Under the pieces are notes generated by a model. The model was not told where the DNA came from. It made no database searches and saw nothing but the letters and a program-made list of their open reading frames with translations. Below, in pieces: positions 54,591-64,000 of a DNA stretch of 64,000 bases. Every line of letters begins with the position of its first letter. Position 1 is the stretch's first letter. Source of the DNA: Selaginella moellendorffii (taxonomy: Eukaryota; Plantae; Lycopodiophyta). The stretch spans positions 310,001-374,000 of the forward strand of contig NW_003314275.1 in the NCBI RefSeq assembly GCF_000143415.4, written 5' to 3'. Made by a program: the position numbers and the translations under genes.

Positions 54591-55345
54591 TTACTGGTAA
54601 GCGCGGATCGTTAAGTTACTCACTTCACTATCTGGTTTGTTGTGCACTTTCTGAACATAAGAAATCCGAATGTAAATATCAAGCGAAAAAATAAAGGAAA
54701 AAACCATGAATTATGTGTTCCTCGCGCGATGATCTTTTCAATACTTCCCACATATGGACCCTGAGTCAACACATGTAAACGAAAAGGTCAGGAAGAGAGT
54801 CAAAGCTCTACATGCAAGGTCCTTGGCAGCTGCCGAAACCGAGTTTTGTTTATCTCATCATTGATGGTTTCCATTGCATTATTGCAGTTTTGTGATGAAG
54901 GACCGCACCTCTCCTGCAACGCTATCTAGATCAGTTCGTAGCCGCCCACCTGGAGTTTAAGAGAAAGATGGTACAAGTCTTATAAGTTCTTTGAGCTAAT
55001 TCAAAACTATTTGTACCTGGATGATCAACACATAATTTATCAGCCTGGCATTCCTCTGGAAGTTATCGCGGTTGACGTGGAGGAGAGCCATTGAGCAGAC
55101 TGCACCTGGACAGGTATTCGTGGCCATCCAACAGAATCCAGATTTTTCTTTCACAGACTTGAGCTCGTCGCAGACTGTACATCTCAGGGTCCTTCATCTC
55201 GCCTATTCGAACGATACAGACTCAACATCTGGAGCTTCAGTACCGCAGTTAGGCAGCAGAGTGCTCAAGTCGGACGGACAGCTGGATGAAATGTACTCGA
55301 GATGATCTAAACTCGAGCTAGAGCCGAATCATCATAGCCACCAGC

Positions 55346-57729
<2,384 letters not shown>

Positions 57730-58741
57730 CGCGATACATTGCGTTTCTCGAGTTCTAAGTACTGTTTTGCAAGTTACTCATGTAATGTTCAGGACACTGC
57801 TTCTTGGACCCGGACGAACGTCTGGTAATGGTACGTTCATTAATAGCTAGCTGGTTGACACGGCCGAATGACTTCGTGTGTTTGTAGGGGGGATGTTACA
57901 TGCACGAACAGCAAAGTGAGTTTAATTTTCAACCGTACCACGTGCTCGTTCAGCAAGTTTGGTTGTCGAGAGTAATTCTTGCAGGCATCGCAAAATCTTT
58001 TGCACCTGGGACTGACAGATTCAAATGTGCAAGCTTCCGAAGTGTTTTGATAGAGGTACTTTCGGCTGCGGTAAACTCAGTTGCTTTCGGTACTAAACTT
58101 GAACTGTGTAAAAGGTAACAGAACTCTTGTGAGTTGCTTAAACGGGGGAGGGTCTATTTTCACGCTCTCGCTCTCAGATGCGTGCTGTATTCTTTTCTTT
58201 TACTATGCGCCTGCTATGACAATATTGGTAATTTTTTCCATTTCCGTGTCTGTGACTCCAATTATTGAAGCTCGTGTAACTTTTGAATGGACGATTTCAG
58301 CTGGACGCCTCTTCAACAATAAGAGATGGCTGATTTAACAGGAAGTCGGCAGCAGAGCATGCATCAACGATGAATAGATTGAAGCGTTCTTTGAACGCCT
58401 CGACCTGCTGTGCTTTCGATTTGAAGCGGTCGCAGAATCTTTTCATGTTTATTATTATATGGCCTTCGCTCATCATCCGGCCCAGAAGAGATTATTCTCG
58501 GCGTGCGTCGTCAGCATTGTCAACCACGATCGAAGGTCCAAAAAATTGTGGATTTTCCCTTTCCTGCTATACACCCCATGCATGTTAAAAGAAAGCCGTG
58601 TTTGTTTTTGTAGGGAGGCTTGGCTGGTTGTGTGCGGCTTCAAAGTACAAGAACAAACACAATCCAACAGTTTTTTGTCCAGTGCAGTAGCCAAGACAGA
58701 AAAAAACAGGGGAAGAGCTTCTGGAGAGAAAGAGAAATCAA

Positions 58742-59780
58742 ATGCCCGAGAGAAGGAGGAGCTCTATCCCCGTTGATCGTCGTCTTCGTCTCGATGAACT
58801 AGAAGCGAATGTGACGTCTACGTCCGGCCAGAGAGCGTCCAAACGAGACTCCGATTTCCAGGCGAGGGACGACACTAGCAAGAGAGAAAGAATCTTCGCC
58901 GAGGTAACTTACTTTCCGTACTGCCATGATCAGGTATCATCTTTTTTGGCTCGTCGTCATTCAGCTGCGTGTTCTAACGTCTCTTACGACATGCAGCACA
59001 CACAGCAGCGATGCAACTTGGGGCGGATTAAAGTAATCATGGTTCGTCGCTGGAAGGATTGCGCTGCTTATTTTTCTTTTATAATCTTCATGCCATGAAC
59101 AGCAAATCCTAAAAACAGTGCAAGGTGACAGAGGGTGAGTGGGCCATTCCTTTTAAGACAGTGACTCGTTTGATTCTTCTCCTCGGTTTTGTTTAATCGT
59201 TTCTCACGCTACCATTGTTTCCAACAGGTAAAGTCAAAGAAGAGCTCGGTATGTATGGAGTCTGGAGTTTGGAGTTTCTCGCGGAAGATTTGAACTCTGG
59301 CCACTGGATTCTCAGAGCTTCCTGGCCGCGACGACCACCACCAAGGCCATTAAGCATTTAAAAGGTGAGCTCCTCCTGCATGTCTGTTTCAGAGGAACTG
59401 TTAAAACAGTACTAAGCTGGCCAGAAATCTCTGGAGAAGCTTTGCAGGTTCTGGTTTTGTCCAAATGTGGGGAAGGCTCTGCGCGTTTCAGAAAAGAATA
59501 GGAGAAGGAAACACCCCTCTCCAATAATGCTGGCTGCAGCTCGCACTTTTCTTGTGATTTCTCTTCGCCTTCCCTGCTTGCTGGAAGAGGGAAGCGAAAG
59601 AAAGGCAAGCAAAATACACCTGATCGAATCGCTGCTTGGGAAAGAAGGAAACTTGGTACGGAAGCGATCACAGCCAAGTTGCAGGGAAGAGCTCACGATC
59701 ATGAGATAGAGATCACGTTGTACGGAAGAGATCAAAGCCAAGTTTTACTCTTTACAGAGAGAGCTCATGATCATGAATTA
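58742..59780 (+). other. Possible spliced transcript of unknown nature
   Basis: ATG exon ending GAG|GTAACT (about 58903), and small in-phase exon candidates at about 59228-59248 and 59316-59363 with good splice sites. No recognisable family. Confidence 0.25.
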
Positions 59781-62100
59781 TGAGTGGGGTGATTGGTATC
59801 GATCTGTCGTGACAAAGCTTGAGGGAGCTTAGCCGAATACAAACAATGAAACAAAGACATGCTTCTACATACGACAGGGAGAAATGAAAGTGAAGAAAAG
59901 AATGTTTGGTGTTTGTTTGTTTGTTGTTTTTATCCCTGTGGAAGAGAACTTGCATACACAAACAATATGCATAGATAGACATAACAAGGCTGCGTACGCA
60001 CATACGTAAACGCCAATTTGATATGGATTGAGTTGTTTTCATGGGGTGTGTGTCTGGAGCCCGGTCAGTTTAATCAGCGTGCATGCTGCTTTCTGGTGGG
60101 TGGCACTGGCATGCAGCAAACAAGGCTAAGCTATCCATCTTGCATGCATGAAAAGATTGGACTCGTACACAAAAGAAGGCTTATTTTATTCCTTGCGAAT
60201 CTTCTCCTGGCAGCAACAGGTTATCTCTTAAACATTAAACCCAAACTCTAAACTCTGAAGAACTCTCTGGTGTTGCCAATGTTATAGTCTACCCTGTAGA
60301 ACTTTGCTTTGGGACAATGTAATCGAGAACTTTTCTTTGGCAATGGCCCACGCGAGATGTCTTGAATTTCGATGGGGTCCAACTCTCGGCTGTGAAAAAA
60401 CATGCGTAGCCTTGTCTCACTCTTACCTCCCTGTCGAGCTTGCTGCTCCCCATCGAACTCCTTGGATCGATCGATTTGGATGATCCAAGGAGAATGAAAC
60501 CCGCGACCAAACACCAGCTTTATATTGCGAGAACAACTTCTTTTCTCTTCTGTGGCTTCCTTTCTTGTTTCCATTGGCGTGTTGACAAAAGACGAAATCA
60601 TTTCAGGCAACCATTCCCTTGTGTTATGTCAGCCAGCAGCTCTAGACGAGGAAACAAGGAATCAACGCAACACACTTTAACAACCCCGCCACCCTTGGCT
60701 TCAATTCGCCACCTTTGCTCTCTACAGGGAAGAGAGAAGCAAGAAAAAGGGCGTTCTGCCACACACTCCTCCCCATTCAATCAAAACTAGTTAGTTGCAA
60801 CAATATCCACTCTCCTTGTCTCTTCCCACCTGACCCCCCAGGCCCCAAACTTAGAAATGCTCCTTGTTTGTTTGCTTGCTTGTTATGACGCTTCAGTTTT
60901 TTAAGAGGCATTAGGGCTCTAGTCCAGCTCTCTCCCCATTCCAATGCCATCCATGTCCAACATTTCAATTCAATCCAGTTCATTCATGCATTCACTCTCT
61001 CCTCACATGCTTTCTTGGCATTTATGCAGTGGTGGCAAATGCAGAGAAGGCAGCCCAGCAGCAGCAGCAGCTTCCTTTTCTCAGCTGCAGTCGTGCAGAA
61101 GAAGCCAGCAGCAGCAGGAGAGCAACAGCAGCACTCAAAGATTGCTCGCCACCTTTGCAAATTTCTTTGCAAACATGGGTGGAACTCACGTGCACAATCT
61201 CTGCTGCTCAATTCTATAGCCGAGCTCAAGTACCTTGTAAGCATTGCATGACCACAAGTTGGTAGGGTTCTGTTCGGATGTCCATGTCCGGGAACTAGAT
61301 CCCTAGCATATGCTCCAATCCCAGATCTGTACGAAGAGATGCGTGCCTTTCGAAACTGGAAAGATGAGCTTGCAATGCGTAGGGCCTTTGGGCGATGGAC
61401 GCAGTCAGATTCAGCTTTGGGCAAATGCTCAGATGGAGATCTCTCCACTTCACAAGCCCGCGTGTCTGCAATTCATTCAGCCGCTCGAAGGCCCACACTA
61501 GAATACAAAGCGTCAATGTTGGATGATTGAGGCAGATCTTCAAATAGCTTTGTGTATCCCCAGCTTGGCTTTGTTAATGATGATCTATCGCTCAAGGTTG
61601 AGACATGATAAATCATCTCGCTATCTCGCGTTACTCGGGTCTGATTCTCTCTTTAGTGAAGCCTATAGATCTATCTGTTTCAAGGGGTTCTATTCCATCC
61701 CTTCTTCCAAAGTACAAAGCCCATTCAAATCCCTCGCTCGCGATCGCTAGTTATACATGTAAGACATCATAAATCTCGCACGCACACGTCCATTTCGCCA
61801 TAAGGCTGCCTTGATTTTTTACACCGCAAATATTCTACACGTTGTGTAATTGTCAACGATTTTGTTTTCCAAGCGGCAACAAACTGATCAAAGCCTGGCC
61901 AATCCGTGGCTGCCACCGCTGGTGGTTGCAAGATCGCCACCTTTCTTTTCAAGCCCCTCTGTGACATACGAATCAAAGCGTTAAAAAGCTTGCCTTTGCT
62001 CGAGTATATAGTATTCTCATATTTGATCACCCAAACTAATTCGTATAAATAGTATAGAAAACGTTGGGCGATCCATCCTAGAAATTGCGAGACTTGTCCA

Positions 62101-62275
62101 ATATAAAAGCCCATCACAACGTGTCAATGCAACGCAATCGAGGTGTGATGGTGGGGCTGGACTCTTTGTGCTTGCTTGCTTGCTTGGTTTGCCTGCTCTA
62201 CTTACATCGCTCGCTCTCTCGCTCGCTAGCTTGCCCATTTGGTGGATCGATCGTCTCCGACTAGGCCTTGGTGAG
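62101..62275 (+). promoter_or_regulatory. Candidate TATA box and pyrimidine-rich leader of a gene extending beyond the window
   Basis: TATAAAA at about 62102, a (GCTT)n/CT-rich tract, and a GTGAGC donor-like site at about 62270. Confidence 0.3.
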
Positions 62276-64000
62276 CTTTCGTGGAGATCTTGACCGCGAT
62301 CCCAAGTTGGCGCGGAGAATATCTAAGGCCATTCTTGAACATGTTGTCTTTCATTGTCCAATGCCCGCTGGATGTTACGTCATATACAAAACAAGCTAAC
62401 AAGTCAAGAAAGAGTATAAAACTACTTGATCAAAGAAACTCCAAAAAGGTGGTGACCACCCCTTGTAGTTTCGTAACCGAGGAGAGGTGGGCTACAGAAT
62501 GGGCCCCCTGATTTTGATGTTTGCTATTCGGACTAGACTAATCTGCCGCCCCTAATCGTCAATTTCACGTACAAAACCACGCTTTCAATCATTTTTTGAA
62601 TTGTTGACAGTGGTGGTGGTACGAAAAGAAGAATAATATTGCGAAACTGGGAACATGAAACAGAACATCCCGCACCGCAAAATCTGTTGAAGAAACTTGG
62701 TATTTCTTTGTTTTGCTGTTTCCGCTTTGATGATATGTTGTTGTTGTTTCCTCCTCGTTGTTACAAGGAAACATTGGAGGGTCTAAGTACAGTGCCCATT
62801 TATTTTCATCTCCTCTCCTTTTTCTAGAGTTTTAACTCTAGTAATGATAGTTTGTGAACTTCCCTGATCCCGATCAAGATGATTCATCATCAACTTGCTT
62901 GGAGCAACTTCAACTCTATCTGGGCCCCGAGACGAAGAAAAAGGCGAGTGAATATTCCGAAATTTATTCTAAAGAAGGTTTTCTGGCATGTGCCATGATG
63001 TCAAGCTTGATTAAGCCACGCATGCATGCGACCGGTTTCGACCCCACCACCATGCCCGATACCCTAAGTCAAACGTGCCACCACCTTTCTGTATTTGTGC
63101 CAAATGTTAGACGCGTACATAACTTGTATACATTGTTTTAGATTATGTTTTTCATTTGCAGCCGGATTCTAGGTGTCAGGCAAATTTTGTTGAGTAACTC
63201 CTCAACAAAGCACTACACAAATTTTCAGGATTCTTCAGAGCCCAGGTGATGCAGGTGCAGGTGCAGAATGCATTTCTTTGTATTTGAAAAAGGTATTTAT
63301 TATTGTTAATTATCCATTAAAAACCTTTGGCTTGATCCAGCTTGTTCGTCGAGGAAGAAAACAAAACTAGATCTTCTCTCTCCGCTCGCGCAGTATCCCT
63401 TTGCGAAGAAATTGAATGGGCTTTGATTCCTTTTCTATTTTTTCTTCGAATTCTTGCAGCCGCAGCAGCAGCAGCGCAAGCTCGCGAGAGGTTCCTTTGT
63501 TTGACTGGAAAGTTTGCGTGCTTTGACTGGCTCCAGTCCGAAGGCTCGGGAATCTCTTGGTTCACACTGCTTGGAAGGGAAGAAAAGAAACAATTAAGAG
63601 CAGGGGATGAATGCGCTCTTAAGGTGGTCAACCTGGGACGATCGATCTCATATCTTCTTTTCTTGGAGCCGGCCTTGAACTGGATCGATCGTAGGACTCC
63701 AGCTTTTTAAACAAATCGGTGAATGGTGAAAACGAGGCAATTCCGCTCACCCTCGCGAGAGAAAAGAGAAAAGTTGCTGTGAGTTTGAGTACTTGGAAGG
63801 GCAGCAGCTTTCTCGTCATTTGCGTGCATTGACCCAACAACAAGAGGCTTTTGATCGCCGGGAGCGAATCTCGAGCGCTTAATTTGAAGTGTTTTCACGA
63901 CGATTCGGCCAAACTTTGGAAGGATAAACGGAGGTCTGTGTGATTGCCACAAAATAGATAAAAGAGTAGAAGTTTCTATAAGATGGATCTTTGCCCCAAA

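Noticed and set aside
61015-61530. Possible two-exon gene (KIARHLCKFLCKHGW... / MRAFRNWKDEL...)
   Set aside because: The donor at 61237 has no in-frame acceptor joining the two ORFs, and no family is recognisable.

Overview
This is eukaryotic, gene-dense land-plant DNA with very short (mostly 55-90 nt) GT-AG introns. The PLS-type PPR gene, the microbial-type terpene synthase-like (MTPSL) gene and the compact architecture point to a lycophyte, most likely Selaginella; this is an inference, not a database result. In order, the window holds: a DIPP-type Nudix hydrolase, a multi-ubiquitin-like-domain gene, a TAR/TAA1-family aminotransferase, a FIP1-domain gene, an initiator tRNA-Met, a thaumatin-like gene, a PPR gene, a FEZ-like NAC gene, an AT-rich transposon-debris block, a small hydrophilic protein gene, an NPH3/RPT2-like gene, NDPK1, a group VIII AP2/ERF, a duplicated F-box/LRR block (one copy broken), an insulinase pseudogene, a small cyanobacterial-type protein gene, a second tRNA-iMet, an LRR receptor kinase, and an MTPSL gene enclosed between two near-identical copies of an RLK-3'/ribulose-kinase-5' segment. 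A largely non-coding region of about 6 kb follows. The most notable signals are three: (1) three clustered P1BS (PHR-binding) motifs upstream of the inositol-pyrophosphatase-type Nudix gene, plus two more in the next divergent promoter, suggesting a phosphate-starvation-wired neighbourhood; (2) a direct-repeat-flanked, potentially excisable terpene synthase cassette; (3) an unusual poly-Ubl protein with an S/T-P-rich tail. No CRISPR or prokaryotic systems were seen. All exon coordinates were read by eye.
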